A stretch of DNA of 60,116 nucleotides, the filler included. It is 4 parts of 4 records of this genome, joined end to end, with 100 filler letters (N's around TTAATTAATTAA, not from the genome) between each part and the next. Parts side by side here need not be neighbours in the genome. Positions count along the whole stretch, not along the records: positions 1 to 14,160 come from SRR31156797_13136; positions 14,261 to 32,881 come from SRR31156797_13140; 2 more parts are not named here. One strand, 5' to 3'. Below, one piece after another: positions 7,731 to 17,283 of the stretch. The position numbers were made by a program, and so were the translations under genes. Under the pieces are notes generated by a model. That model worked only from the letters and a program-made list of their open reading frames with translations. It searched no databases and had not been told where the DNA came from. The stretch's first letter is position 1. Every line of letters begins with the position of its first letter.

Positions 7731-10700
7731 ATGAAGACCTTGTTCCTCAAACTAATGAAGATCGTTCTACTGCTGGCACTGGCCCTGTTCGCCTTCCTCT
7801 TGCTTGTAGGGGCCGTGGTCTGGGCGGGATGGCCCCTGTGGGTGGTTGCCTTTGTCGCGGCCGGCATTGCCGGCATCATCCTGGGCCTGGTCCTGCTCAA
7901 GAAGCTGATGGCAAGAAGGCAGGAGCAGCGCTTTGTCCAGCAGATCATCCTCCAGGACGACCAGAGCATGGCGTCCATGAACCAGTCGGAGCAGGATACC
8001 GCAAAGGCCATGCAGCAAAAGTGGAAGGAGGCCATGGATGCCCTGAAGCGCTCCCATTTGAAGAGCCGGGGCAATCCCTTGTACGTGCTCCCCTGGTACA
8101 TGGTGATCGGCACCAGCGGATCTGGCAAGACCACGGCCATCAAGAGCGCACGGCTCACCTCCTCCTTTGAGGACGCCCAGGCCGTGTCCGGCCTGTCCGG
8201 CACAAAGAACTGCGACTGGTGGTTTTTCGAGCAGGCCATTCTCATTGACACGGCGGGCCGCTACGCCGTTCCCGTGGACGAGACCCGGGACCGGGAGGAG
8301 TGGCAGCGTTTCCTCTCCCTGCTGGCCAAGTACCGGAAAAAAGAGCCCCTGAACGGCCTCATCGTCACCATTGCCGCCGATGCCCTCAACACCATGGATC
8401 CCGAAGCCATCGACCAGTACGGCAAGGGAATCCGGATGCGCATCGACGAGATCATGCGGGTGCTGGGATCCAAATTCCCGGTCTATGCCATGGTGACCAA
8501 ATGCGACCTTGTCCACGGCATGACCCGGTTCTGCGACCGTCTGCCCGAGGAGAGCCTGAAGCAGGCCATGGGATCGGTGAACCGGGATACCACCGGCCAG
8601 GAGCCGGGCACCCTTGTCACCCAGGCCTTTGAATCCATGGGCCAGCGCATTCGCGATCTCACCCTCCTGCTCCTCCACGCCCTTCGGGGCAGCGCCCCGG
8701 ATCCCGAGCTGCTGCTCTTTCCCAAGGAGTTTGAAAAACTTGAGCCGGGCCTGAAACGATTCATCAACCGGGTATTCCAGGAGACCCCCTACCAGGAGAC
8801 CCCGATTTTCCGGGGGATCTTCTTCACCTCCGGCCGCCAGGAGGGCACCCCGTTTTCCCATTTTCTCAAGGACCTGGGGCTGATCAGCGAACAGGAGGTA
8901 CTCCCCGGCACCAGCAAGGGGCTGTTCCTCCACGACTTTTTCGCCTCCCTTCTTCCCGGGGACAGGGGGCTTTTCACCCTGACCCAGCAGGGCGCCCAAT
9001 GGCTGCGGCTCACCAAAAGCCTGGGGTTCGCCTCCTTTGTCGCCATTGTCATCGCCTTTTGCGGACTGCTCAGCTTCTCCTTTGTCAAGAACCTCAACAC
9101 CCTGAAGCAGGTGACCGTGGAATTCGCCACCCCCGGCATACTCCAGGGGGAACTGTTGAGCGACATCATCGCCCTGGAGCGGTTCAACCAGGCCATCATC
9201 CAGGTGGAGAAAGAAAACCGGCAATGGTGGATTCCCCGGTTCGGCCTGACCGAAAGCCTGGACGTTGAAACCCGGCTGAAGGAGAAGTACTGCTCCCTCA
9301 TGCACGAGCGGTTCATCGATCCCCTCGACAAGCACAGGGCCGACGCCATGTCCTACATGGACGCCGGCACCCCGGATCAAACCAGGATAAATCACATGGT
9401 CCACCTGACCAAACGAATCAACCTGATCCGGGCACGGCTTGAAAACGAAAGCCTGGAAGCCCTGTCCTCCCGGCCCCAGCCCGGATACAGGGGAGTTGAC
9501 CTGAACATCGGACAGGCCATCGTGGAGGAGGTCCGGCAAAAACTGAAGAACCTTTATCTATATACCCTGTTCTGGCGCACCGATACCCAGGCCCTCAACC
9601 GGGAGATGAACGATCATCAAAAATGGCTTGCCCGGCTCATCACCCTGGAGGGCACCACCATGAACTGGCTGGTGACCTGGGCCAATGCCCGGCCGGATCT
9701 TGCGCCTTACACCCTTGCCGGATTCTGGGGCATGGAAAAAGAGACCGCCGGCGCCATCGGGGTGCCACCGGCCTACACCCTCAAGGGAAGGGAGGAGATC
9801 CTCGGCCTTATCAAAGAGACTGAAGCGGCATTGACAGATCCCCTGGTCATTGCCGCCCTGAAGCGCGAGTTCCTTGCCTGGTACCGGACAAACTACCTCA
9901 CCACCTGGCACCGGTTTGTGAAGGCCTTTCCCCAGGGCAAAAAAGCCCTTTCAACCCGGGACCAGTGGAAAACCATCGCCGAAACCATTCATCTGCCCAC
10001 CAATCCCTATGGGGCATTGCTGACCACGGCAACCAATGAGCTTGGACCGTTTTCAGGCGCGGACGACCTGCCCCGGTGGATCACGCTCCTTGACCAGCTG
10101 AAACTGGTGGAAGCCCAGGCCGCCGTGATCAAAGCCCAGGAAATCGGAAAGGCAGGGGTGATACGAACCGCTACGGACCGCCTGAAGAGCAGCCTTACCA
10201 GGGGCCACACGGCTCCCTCCGGCATGGGGCAGCCTGAAACCATGATGGCGGCGGGCAAGGCCCTGCTGACCTATCAGGAGGCCCTTGGGACCCTCGCGCC
10301 CATGACCGCCTCCCAAAAGGCCGCCTTCAATGGGGCCACCAGTATCTACACGGGGGATCCCTCCACCAATGAATCCTCCTATTTCCTGGCCCGCAAGGCC
10401 GTCAAGACCCTGAGAAAAACCGTGGACCGGTCCGGCGGAAGCGCCGACGAGATATGGACCCTTGTAAGGGGTCCCCTGGACCTGTTCCAGGAATTCATTC
10501 TCAAGGAGAGCGCCTGCGAACTCCAGAAGGCATGGGAAAAAAAGGTGCTGGTGGAGCTGACCGGCCTGGGCAGGGGGGCGAACACCAGCGCCCTTATTCT
10601 GGGGGATGACGGACTTGCCACCCAATTTCTCAACAAGGAAGCCGCCCCCTTTATCGGGCGGGGACTGAAAAAAGGGTTCCACTCGGCCAGGATCAACAAC

Positions 10701-11213
10701 CGGGGCATCCCCTTTGAACCCGCGTTTCTCACCTTCCTGACCCGGGGCAAGGTGGTGGTGAACCCCTCCCGGAAAGAGTACACGGTGAAGATCAGGGGAT
10801 ATCCCACCCATGCCAACGACGGGGCCCTTTTCCAGCCCCATGCCACCGTGCTCATGCTGGAGTGCGATGGCACCGCCACCGAACTTGAGAATCTCAACTA
10901 CCCCGTGACGGAATTTTTTAAATGGTCCTTTAACAAAAAATGCGATCTCATCCTCAAGATCAAGGTGTCCGACCTGATCCTTGAAAAAAGGTACACGGGC
11001 GTCAATGCGTTTCCCAAATTCCTCAAAGATTTTTCAAGCGGCAGCCGCACCTTTTATCCGGGAAATTTCCCGGCCCATAAGGCGGACCTGCAACGGATGA
11101 AAATCCGCTATATCAAGGTGAAATACGGATTCAAGGGCCACGGGCCGGTGGTGAAACTTTTGGCCGCATCACCGGGGAAGGTGCCCACGGAGATCGTCAA
11201 ATGCTGGGATTAA
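7731..11213 (+). CDS. tssM: T6SS membrane subunit TssM (IcmF)
   Basis: Two N-terminal TMs, LYVLPWYMVIGTSGSGKTT, CDWWF, IDTAGRY, PLNG, TKCDL, FRGIFFTSG, third TM and long periplasmic region. Confidence 0.95.
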   Translation: MKTLFLKLMKIVLLLALALFAFLLLVGAVVWAGWPLWVVAFVAAGIAGIILGLVLLKKLMARRQEQRFVQQIILQDDQSMASMNQSEQDTAKAMQQKWKEAMDALKRSHLKSRGNPLYVLPWYMVIGTSGSGKTTAIKSARLTSSFEDAQAVSGLSGTKNCDWWFFEQAILIDTAGRYAVPVDETRDREEWQRFLSLLAKYRKKEPLNGLIVTIAADALNTMDPEAIDQYGKGIRMRIDEIMRVLGSKFPVYAMVTKCDLVHGMTRFCDRLPEESLKQAMGSVNRDTTGQEPGTLVTQAFESMGQRIRDLTLLLLHALRGSAPDPELLLFPKEFEKLEPGLKRFINRVFQETPYQETPIFRGIFFTSGRQEGTPFSHFLKDLGLISEQEVLPGTSKGLFLHDFFASLLPGDRGLFTLTQQGAQWLRLTKSLGFASFVAIVIAFCGLLSFSFVKNLNTLKQVTVEFATPGILQGELLSDIIALERFNQAIIQVEKENRQWWIPRFGLTESLDVETRLKEKYCSLMHERFIDPLDKHRADAMSYMDAGTPDQTRINHMVHLTKRINLIRARLENESLEALSSRPQPGYRGVDLNIGQAIVEEVRQKLKNLYLYTLFWRTDTQALNREMNDHQKWLARLITLEGTTMNWLVTWANARPDLAPYTLAGFWGMEKETAGAIGVPPAYTLKGREEILGLIKETEAALTDPLVIAALKREFLAWYRTNYLTTWHRFVKAFPQGKKALSTRDQWKTIAETIHLPTNPYGALLTTATNELGPFSGADDLPRWITLLDQLKLVEAQAAVIKAQEIGKAGVIRTATDRLKSSLTRGHTAPSGMGQPETMMAAGKALLTYQEALGTLAPMTASQKAAFNGATSIYTGDPSTNESSYFLARKAVKTLRKTVDRSGGSADEIWTLVRGPLDLFQEFILKESACELQKAWEKKVLVELTGLGRGANTSALILGDDGLATQFLNKEAAPFIGRGLKKGFHSARINNRGIPFEPAFLTFLTRGKVVVNPSRKEYTVKIRGYPTHANDGALFQPHATVLMLECDGTATELENLNYPVTEFFKWSFNKKCDLILKIKVSDLILEKRYTGVNAFPKFLKDFSSGSRTFYPGNFPAHKADLQRMKIRYIKVKYGFKGHGPVVKLLAASPGKVPTEIVKCWD

Positions 11214-11902
11214 GCCGAAAAAACGCCCCATGGCAATGGTCGATGACAGGCAAGCACCCCGCCTTTGGCGACTATCTGTACCACAACCTTGACAGCCCCA
11301 TGGTCAAAGCGTTCTCGGCCTGGGTGGAGCGGGGCATGGCCCTGCGGAAGGACCAGCAGGTCAATGACCGCTATTTTTCCTACCGGTTCTGGACCCGGGG
11401 GGGCAAAAAACACAGCCTGGTCTGCGGTATTGTCAAGGACAGCTGCGACACCATGGGACGGTCCTATCCCCTGGTGGTCATGGGCAGCGGCACCATCCAT
11501 GGCTGGGAGAAACGATGGGACACCGTATTTCGGGCATTTGGCCCGGTGCTCAGGGAATTTGAGGAGATCGCCTCAAAACGGTTTGACTCCTTCGGCACCC
11601 TCGAGGCCAGGTTGCGGCGAATTTCCTTCAGGCCCTCGGATTTTGCCACCCAGGGCGCCGAGGCAGGAAAAGACAAAGACCTGTTCCTGGGCCTGGACCT
11701 GTGCACCCGGGATTGCTGCACCATTGCCCTTGGGCCGGGGGCCCCCAGGCCTGCCACACGGTTTGAACGCTGTCCCCTGCCGGTGGCGGCCTTCATGGGC
11801 GGGGCGCCCGAGGCCCCGGTTTTAACCGTTTATGCACGGCCCCTGGTGCCGGGGGATTTCAAGGAGCTGTTCAGTGGGACCCTCAGGCCCACTGCGCCAT
11901 AA
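11201..11902 (+). CDS. tagF: T6SS-associated TagF (DUF2094) family regulator
   Basis: GKHPAFGDY and SCDTMGRSYPL motifs; follows tssM. Confidence 0.85.
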   Translation: MLGLSRKNAPWQWSMTGKHPAFGDYLYHNLDSPMVKAFSAWVERGMALRKDQQVNDRYFSYRFWTRGGKKHSLVCGIVKDSCDTMGRSYPLVVMGSGTIHGWEKRWDTVFRAFGPVLREFEEIASKRFDSFGTLEARLRRISFRPSDFATQGAEAGKDKDLFLGLDLCTRDCCTIALGPGAPRPATRFERCPLPVAAFMGGAPEAPVLTVYARPLVPGDFKELFSGTLRPTAP

Positions 11903-11925
11903 CCGTTTTTGCACGGCCCCTGGTG
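11823..11925 (+). repeat. 26-bp direct repeat (11823-11848 and 11900-11925), one mismatch
   Basis: TAACCGTTTATGCACGGCCCCTGGTG vs TAACCGTTTTTGCACGGCCCCTGGTG, 77-bp period. Confidence 0.85.
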
Positions 11926-11982
11926 ACAGAAAATAAAATTTCGAACCGCCGGGAGATGACCGGACAATAGAATGGAGACACC

Positions 11983-12810
11983 ATGAATACCAAACAACTG
12001 ATCCTGAACGGAGAGCTGACAAAGGCGAGAGAGGAACTGATCCAGGGGATAAAAAAGGCCCCGGGCGACCCGGCCCTCAGGACCCACCTTTTCCAGGTGC
12101 TTCTTTTCCTGGGGGAGTGGGACAAGGCCCTGGTCCACCTCAATGCCCTGGCAAGGGGGGACAAGGAGACCCGCATGGGACATGAGGTCTATACCGGCCT
12201 GATCCGGGCGGAACAGGAACGGACCGCGGTGGCGGAGCTCAAGAAAGAACCCTCGTTTCTGCCCGGGCGGCCCGAATACACGGATCTTTATTTCAAGGCC
12301 CAGGAGGCCGCCATCCAGGGGAAACCGGAGGCGGCGGGGAAGCTTTTCCAAAAGATCGAGGAGGAAAAGCCCTTGATATCGGGCTTTATCGACAAAGAGC
12401 CCTTTTCCGGTTTCACGGACACGGACACCCTGCTCAACGGTTTCCTGGAGGTCATGGAGTATGACCGCTACCTCTGGCTTCCCTTTGAGGCCATACGGGA
12501 GATCACCGTCTTTGCGCCCCGGACCCTGATCGACCTTGTCTGGGCAAAGGGAAACGTCACCACCTGGGAGGGGCTCACCATGTCATGCTTTTTCCCGGTA
12601 CTCTATCCCCTGTCCCACAGCCACCCGGACCACCGGGTCAAGATGGGCAGGATGACGGACTGGCAGCCCCTGGGCGGTCCCTATGCCAGAACCCGGGGCC
12701 AGCATGTGTACCGGATCGGAGAGCGGGATGTTTCCCTACTTGAAATCCAAACCGTGGTGTTCAACCAACCGGTCACCGACGACCATGGAGAAGAAAGCGA
12801 TGGATCTTGA
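11983..12810 (+). CDS. tagJ: T6SS accessory protein TagJ/HsiE (ImpE/SciE family)
   Basis: IKKAPGDPALRTHLFQVLLFLGEWDKA, IRAEQER, DTDT, YLWLPF, PRTLIDLVW, MGRMTDW. Confidence 0.9.
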   Translation: MNTKQLILNGELTKAREELIQGIKKAPGDPALRTHLFQVLLFLGEWDKALVHLNALARGDKETRMGHEVYTGLIRAEQERTAVAELKKEPSFLPGRPEYTDLYFKAQEAAIQGKPEAAGKLFQKIEEEKPLISGFIDKEPFSGFTDTDTLLNGFLEVMEYDRYLWLPFEAIREITVFAPRTLIDLVWAKGNVTTWEGLTMSCFFPVLYPLSHSHPDHRVKMGRMTDWQPLGGPYARTRGQHVYRIGERDVSLLEIQTVVFNQPVTDDHGEESDGS

Positions 12811-14160
12811 AGCGATACTGGCCCCCATTCCCGGGGAGACCCCCTGCGGGGAAAACCTTCGCTACACCCCGGTCTATGATGAGATCCAGGAGGCCAGACG
12901 GGCCGACGATCTTCTGGACCAGGGGGAATGGCAGCACGAGGTCAAGACCGCCGACTGGTCCAGGGCAATGGAGCTCACCCTTGAGGCCCTGACCACCAAG
13001 AGCAAGGATCTCCAGATTACCGCCTGGCTCATGGAAGCCCTCACCCATCTCAAGGGATTTGACGGGGTGTTGTTCGGTTTCCAGGTGTTCAACGGGTTGT
13101 TTGAACAATTCTGGGAGCCCCTCTACCCCGAAATCGACGAGGGCGACCTGGACTACCGGGTGGGTCCCCTGGAATTCCTCAACGAAAAACTCTGGCTGCC
13201 CATCAAGCAGATTCCCCTGACAGACCCCTCCACCAGCCGGGGCTTCACCTTCATGCAGTGGCAGGAATCCAAGCTCATGGGATCGGAAAAAGAGACCATG
13301 AGCGATGACAAGCGCCGGGTCGCCCGCCAGGAGATGATAGACGACGGCAAGGTATCGCCGGAGGAGTTTGAGGCCGGCGTCCGGGCGTCGTCACGGGCCT
13401 ATTACGAAGCCCTGTTCCAGTCCGTCACCCAATGCCAGGAGGAGTTCAACCGGTTTGACGCGGCCGTGGACGACAAATTCGGCAGGGAGGCCCCGCGGCT
13501 TGCCGAGCTCAAAGAGAGCATTGAAGAATGCCTCCGCCTTGTTACAACCATTGTGAAGGAAAAACGGGAGCTCGAGCCCGATCCGGAACCGGCGGCGGAG
13601 ACTGAAACTGAAGCGGCCCCGGCCGAAGCACCCGGGACGATCCCGGCCCAGGCCCAGTCCCAGAAACCCCTCCCGCCCGGTGTTGCGCCAATGGCGCCGG
13701 CGGCCCCTGGCCCGGCCCCGGCCCAGGCCGGAGCACAGGTATTCCAGGTCAACCGCCTCATGGGCGGGGGCGGCATGGAAGAGGCCCTGTGGCAGAATGC
13801 CAGGGCCACCCTGGCGCAACAGGGCATCAAACCCGCTCTGGAACAGCTCCTGGGGGCCTCCTGCAGTGCCCAGTCCGTCAGGGAGCGCACCAATTTCCGG
13901 CTCCTCATGGCCCGGCTCTGCCTCGAGGCGGACCGGCCCGACCTGGCACGGCCCATTGTGGAAGAGCTCACCACCCTGGTGGAAGAGCTGCAGCTGGAGC
14001 GCTGGGAATCCCCCATCTGGATCGCCGAAGCCCTGGGCACCCTTTACCAGTGCCTGATGGCCAGGGGCTCCACGGACGACGACCACTACCGGGCCACCGA
14101 GCTGCTTACACGGCTCACCACCCTGGATGTCACCAAGGCCATGGAGTTTTCCATGGGAGG
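12800..14160 (+). CDS. tssA: T6SS protein TssA (ImpA_N + VasJ-like C-terminus), cut at contig end near its C-terminus
   Basis: LAPIPGETPCGENLRY...YDEIQEARR, ADW, SKDLQITAWL, FWEPLYP, Pro/Ala linker, RFRLLMARLC-like segment, LERWE. Start placed at ATG 12800 after GGAG. Confidence 0.92.
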
Positions 14161-14260
14161 NNNNNNNNNNNNNNNNNNNNNNNNNNNNNNNNNNNNNNNN
14201 NNNNTTAATTAATTAANNNNNNNNNNNNNNNNNNNNNNNNNNNNNNNNNNNNNNNNNNNN
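14161..14260. other. Artificial contig-joining spacer
   Basis: N44-TTAATTAATTAA-N44 (stops in all frames). Confidence 0.98.
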
Positions 14261-14350
14261 ACGGTCACGGACCGTCCCTGGTCTTTGACCGAGGTTCGCT
14301 CCACAACGAAGATTGAAAAAACTCAGTGGGTTACAGAGACTTTCATATAA
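14261..14350 (+). CDS. Possible 3' end of an upstream gene (partial)
   Basis: Open frame TVTDRPWSLTEVRSTTKIEKTQWVTETFI* ending 14 nt before the tube gene; too short to identify. Confidence 0.3.
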   Translation, partial: TVTDRPWSLTEVRSTTKIEKTQWVTETFI

Positions 14351-14364
14351 AAAGGGAATAAAAA

Positions 14365-14874
14365 ATGGCAGCTCCGTTATTTACCGTTAATGCACATCGG
14401 CATGATCCATACCGAACATTTAAATTCCAGGTGGTTATCGACGGCAAGCCCGTTGCCGGCCTGCGAAAAATGACTGCCCTGAAAAGAACGACCGAAGCGG
14501 TTTCCTGGCGCAGTGCCGGCGACCAGAGCCATGAGCGCAAATTGCCGGGGGGCACCAAATATGATGGTATTACCCTGGAACAGGGACTCACCCACGATCC
14601 CGTGTTTGAAAACTGGGCCAACGCCGTGAACAACTTTCAGGGTGATGCGGCCATGTCACTGAGAAATTTCAGGAAGGACATCGTTATTAACGTGCTGAAC
14701 ATGCAGGGACAAATTGCGATTTCCTACGTAATTTATCGCGCCTGGGTGTCGGAATACCAGGCACTTCCTGATTTTGATGCAGGCAATACCAATACCGTGG
14801 GGATACAGACCATCAAACTGGAACATGAGGGTTGGGAACGCGACACCTCAGTGACCGAACCCACAGAAAACTAA
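14365..14874 (+). CDS. eCIS tail tube protein (T4 gp19-like, Afp1/5 type)
   Basis: RHDPYRTFKFQV, KLPGGTKYDGITLEQGLTHD, AWVSEYQALPDFDA, KLEHEGWERD. Confidence 0.93.
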   Translation: MAAPLFTVNAHRHDPYRTFKFQVVIDGKPVAGLRKMTALKRTTEAVSWRSAGDQSHERKLPGGTKYDGITLEQGLTHDPVFENWANAVNNFQGDAAMSLRNFRKDIVINVLNMQGQIAISYVIYRAWVSEYQALPDFDAGNTNTVGIQTIKLEHEGWERDTSVTEPTEN

Positions 14875-14877
14875 CCC

Positions 14878-15684
14878 ATGCAACGCGTCCGGTTGCCGGG
14901 TGGACTGCTGGTTGACGGAACCCGCCACCAAATTGCGCTTTTCCGGCCCCTGACCGGGACCGTTGAACTGGCCATTGCCCAGGCCCGTGAAATCAATGAA
15001 TTTTATCCGGCCTTTGTCACCCGCATCCTGTCTGCTGCCGTGGCGTCCGTGGGTACCGAGCCCTTTACCCCCCATGTGGCAAAAGCCATATCAGTAGCGG
15101 ACCGGCAGGTATTGTTGGGAACACTTCTGGCCATGCTGGGCAAGGATACCATATGGATGCAGCCGTGGTGCCCGTCATGCGGTCAGCGTTTTGATGTGCC
15201 TGTCACCCATTCACAGCTTCCCATTGTAGACGCCCCGGGTGATTATCCGGTATTCCAGGGCAGGGTGGGGGATCAGACCGTTGGACTTAGGGTACTGACC
15301 GGTGAAGCCGAGGAGATGCTCTCCACCATTGAGGATGATGCGGCGGCATTAAGTGCATTGGTTGCATATGTCGTTGACTGGGGGGATGAAAAACCCTTGG
15401 GCCGGCTCACCAGAGATGAACTTGACCAGATTGAGCAGCAGTTGGAAGAGGGTTCCCCGGCCATTGCCGAAGAGGTGATGAGTCAGTGTCCCTATTGCGA
15501 TGCAGATGTAACACTGGCATTGGATTTCATTGCCGGATTGCTTGAAGAGGATTCAATTTTGCAAGACATTCATGAAATTGCCATGCATTATCATTGGAGC
15601 CAGGAGGCCATCACAGCCCTGCCGCGGATGCGCAGAAAACAGTATTTAAAAATGATAAATACTGCCCGGGGGCTTGGGGAGTGA
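14878..15684 (+). CDS. eCIS tail-assembly chaperone/baseplate-associated protein with CxxC motifs and DUF6760-like C-terminus
   Basis: LPGG...FRPLTG, SVADRQ, CPSC and CPYC, IHEIAMHYHWSQEAITALPRMRRKQY. Confidence 0.75.
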   Translation: MQRVRLPGGLLVDGTRHQIALFRPLTGTVELAIAQAREINEFYPAFVTRILSAAVASVGTEPFTPHVAKAISVADRQVLLGTLLAMLGKDTIWMQPWCPSCGQRFDVPVTHSQLPIVDAPGDYPVFQGRVGDQTVGLRVLTGEAEEMLSTIEDDAAALSALVAYVVDWGDEKPLGRLTRDELDQIEQQLEEGSPAIAEEVMSQCPYCDADVTLALDFIAGLLEEDSILQDIHEIAMHYHWSQEAITALPRMRRKQYLKMINTARGLGE

Positions 15685-15687
15685 ACC

Positions 15688-16638
15688 ATGGGTCTGTTTC
15701 AACGATTTATTAAACAAAGTAAACAAAGAGTTTGGGCATACGGCCCCGGACCTGATTTGCCGGTCTCATCACATGATGAGGCCATAATGGCAAATGAGAC
15801 CGGGCCGAAAGCCGATCAGCACAGGGCCAGACATTCCGGACGGATTGTCGACAGGACGCGTGACCTTTCAGCCGTAAGAGATGGTGATTCGAAACCCGTT
15901 TTAGATCTGGGACAGGAAGACGATAGTAACGTGGGAATGAGTAATGATTACGTTGGAAACAGTAATGTAAGTAGCATATCAACTGATTTCAGTGACCCTG
16001 GTGTCACCTTGAATACCCAGGATTTTCAAAGCGGGCCGTCGCATTCCAATGATTTGGAAAGTGATCCCTGCATTGTGAAAAATGATATTCAAATCAGTAA
16101 GATGCAATCTTGCAAGACACATAAAACGGAAAGTGAAAATGAACAAGTTGAGTTGGACGCTGGTGAGGAGACAGGTTTGCCAAGGGGGAACCGTGCCGGC
16201 CCTGTTGCTGATATTTTATTGCATGAGAATCAAACAAAAATGAATCGTCCACAAAAGGAACCCGAAGAACGGTATCAGGACCAAACGCCTGAAATGGACG
16301 CCGACGGGATGCTTTTCAATAAAGCCGCCCTCACGGAAAAAAGAGTGCCTGAAACGGAAAATGACAGTGCCGTATCCATGGAAAGGGCACTGGACCACCC
16401 TGATCTTCCGGCGGGTGTACGCGGGGCATTGGAAAAAATCCAGGCGGATTTTATCAAACAGCCCGATCCAGACATGAAACGCGCAGTAAGCGTCCAAAAC
16501 AAACAGACGCAAAAGGTATCAATCGGCCGGGTCACTGTCCGGGTGAAGCTGCCCGAAGAAAAGCCCCCGGCACATAAACCGGCCCCCTCTTTTGGCGCTG
16601 AAAAAATAGTCAGCCGGTACTTTATGGGAGGCGCATAA
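15688..16638 (+). CDS. eCIS-associated intrinsically disordered protein
   Basis: 316 aa, acidic low-complexity, short C-terminal VSIGRVTVRV motif; translationally coupled to the next gene. Confidence 0.65.
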   Translation: MGLFQRFIKQSKQRVWAYGPGPDLPVSSHDEAIMANETGPKADQHRARHSGRIVDRTRDLSAVRDGDSKPVLDLGQEDDSNVGMSNDYVGNSNVSSISTDFSDPGVTLNTQDFQSGPSHSNDLESDPCIVKNDIQISKMQSCKTHKTESENEQVELDAGEETGLPRGNRAGPVADILLHENQTKMNRPQKEPEERYQDQTPEMDADGMLFNKAALTEKRVPETENDSAVSMERALDHPDLPAGVRGALEKIQADFIKQPDPDMKRAVSVQNKQTQKVSIGRVTVRVKLPEEKPPAHKPAPSFGAEKIVSRYFMGGA

Positions 16639-17279
16639 TGGCGTTAAATCCTTCGGGATTGTCAGAGGCGGTCCTGGCGTTGCGCACGCTGCTGGGACAG
16701 CATATTAACGGGCTTGATGAAAACCGTATCAATATCGGCGCGCCCAAACAAACCCAGGATGAGCTGACCGGGTCTGATCAACAGCTTAGTATTTTTGTCT
16801 ACAATGCACAGATTTCACCCAATACGGCAGATGTGCATCCGCTGGATACGCCTACCGTAAGGCTTCATTGCCTGATTACACCGTTTGGGGTAGCCGATTC
16901 CGAAGCCAATATCTCGGCAGGTGAAAATGAGTTGAGATTAATGGGAGAGGTGCTGCGCGTGATGCACGAAAACCCCTCAATCACCTTACGCCGTCAGGAC
17001 GGCCAAGTGTATGCGAGCATTCAGCTTATGCTCAAAAATGTGGACGAAGATCACATGAACCAAATCTGGTCTGCCCAGCCCGATACCGCCTACCGTCTTT
17101 CGGTGGGGTGCGAACTTGCCCTGGTACCGGTCACCATTGAGCCCCCAGCAAGACCCCAGGCACCGGACACCCGTTTGGTTCAAGTCCGCCACTATGCAAA
17201 ACCCCTCCATGGCACCGACCCCCAGGAGGTTATTGACAACCGGACACCCGACATTACTGAAATTGTAAACCCGGACTGA
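16638..17279 (+). CDS. eCIS tail terminator/cap (Pvc16/Afp16, DUF4255)
   Basis: LSIFVY, LHCLITP, LMGEVLRVMHENP, QIWSA...YRLSV pattern; precedes the ATPase. Confidence 0.85.
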   Translation: MALNPSGLSEAVLALRTLLGQHINGLDENRINIGAPKQTQDELTGSDQQLSIFVYNAQISPNTADVHPLDTPTVRLHCLITPFGVADSEANISAGENELRLMGEVLRVMHENPSITLRRQDGQVYASIQLMLKNVDEDHMNQIWSAQPDTAYRLSVGCELALVPVTIEPPARPQAPDTRLVQVRHYAKPLHGTDPQEVIDNRTPDITEIVNPD

Positions 17280-17283
17280 TGTT

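Noticed and set aside
7767-9539. 590-aa minus-strand ORF and other long antisense ORFs (e.g. 46649-47728)
   Set aside because: Codon-aligned shadows of tssM and other real genes in GC-rich DNA, with no motifs of their own.
11823-11925. Repeat-spacer-repeat as a mini CRISPR array
   Set aside because: Only two copies, the first inside tagF coding sequence, a 51-nt spacer and no cas genes; kept only as a direct repeat.
14161-14260. TTAATTAATTAA palindrome within N-runs, repeated three times in the window
   Set aside because: Identical 100-nt artificial linker; not biological. ORFs running into X residues are artefacts of it.
14281-14318. CRISPR-repeat-like string GTCTTTGACCGAGGTTCGCTCCACAACGAAGATTGAAA (small hairpin, ATTGAAA end)
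   Set aside because: Single copy, no cas genes, and it lies in an open frame. It cannot be fully excluded as a terminal repeat at a contig edge, but it is unsupported.
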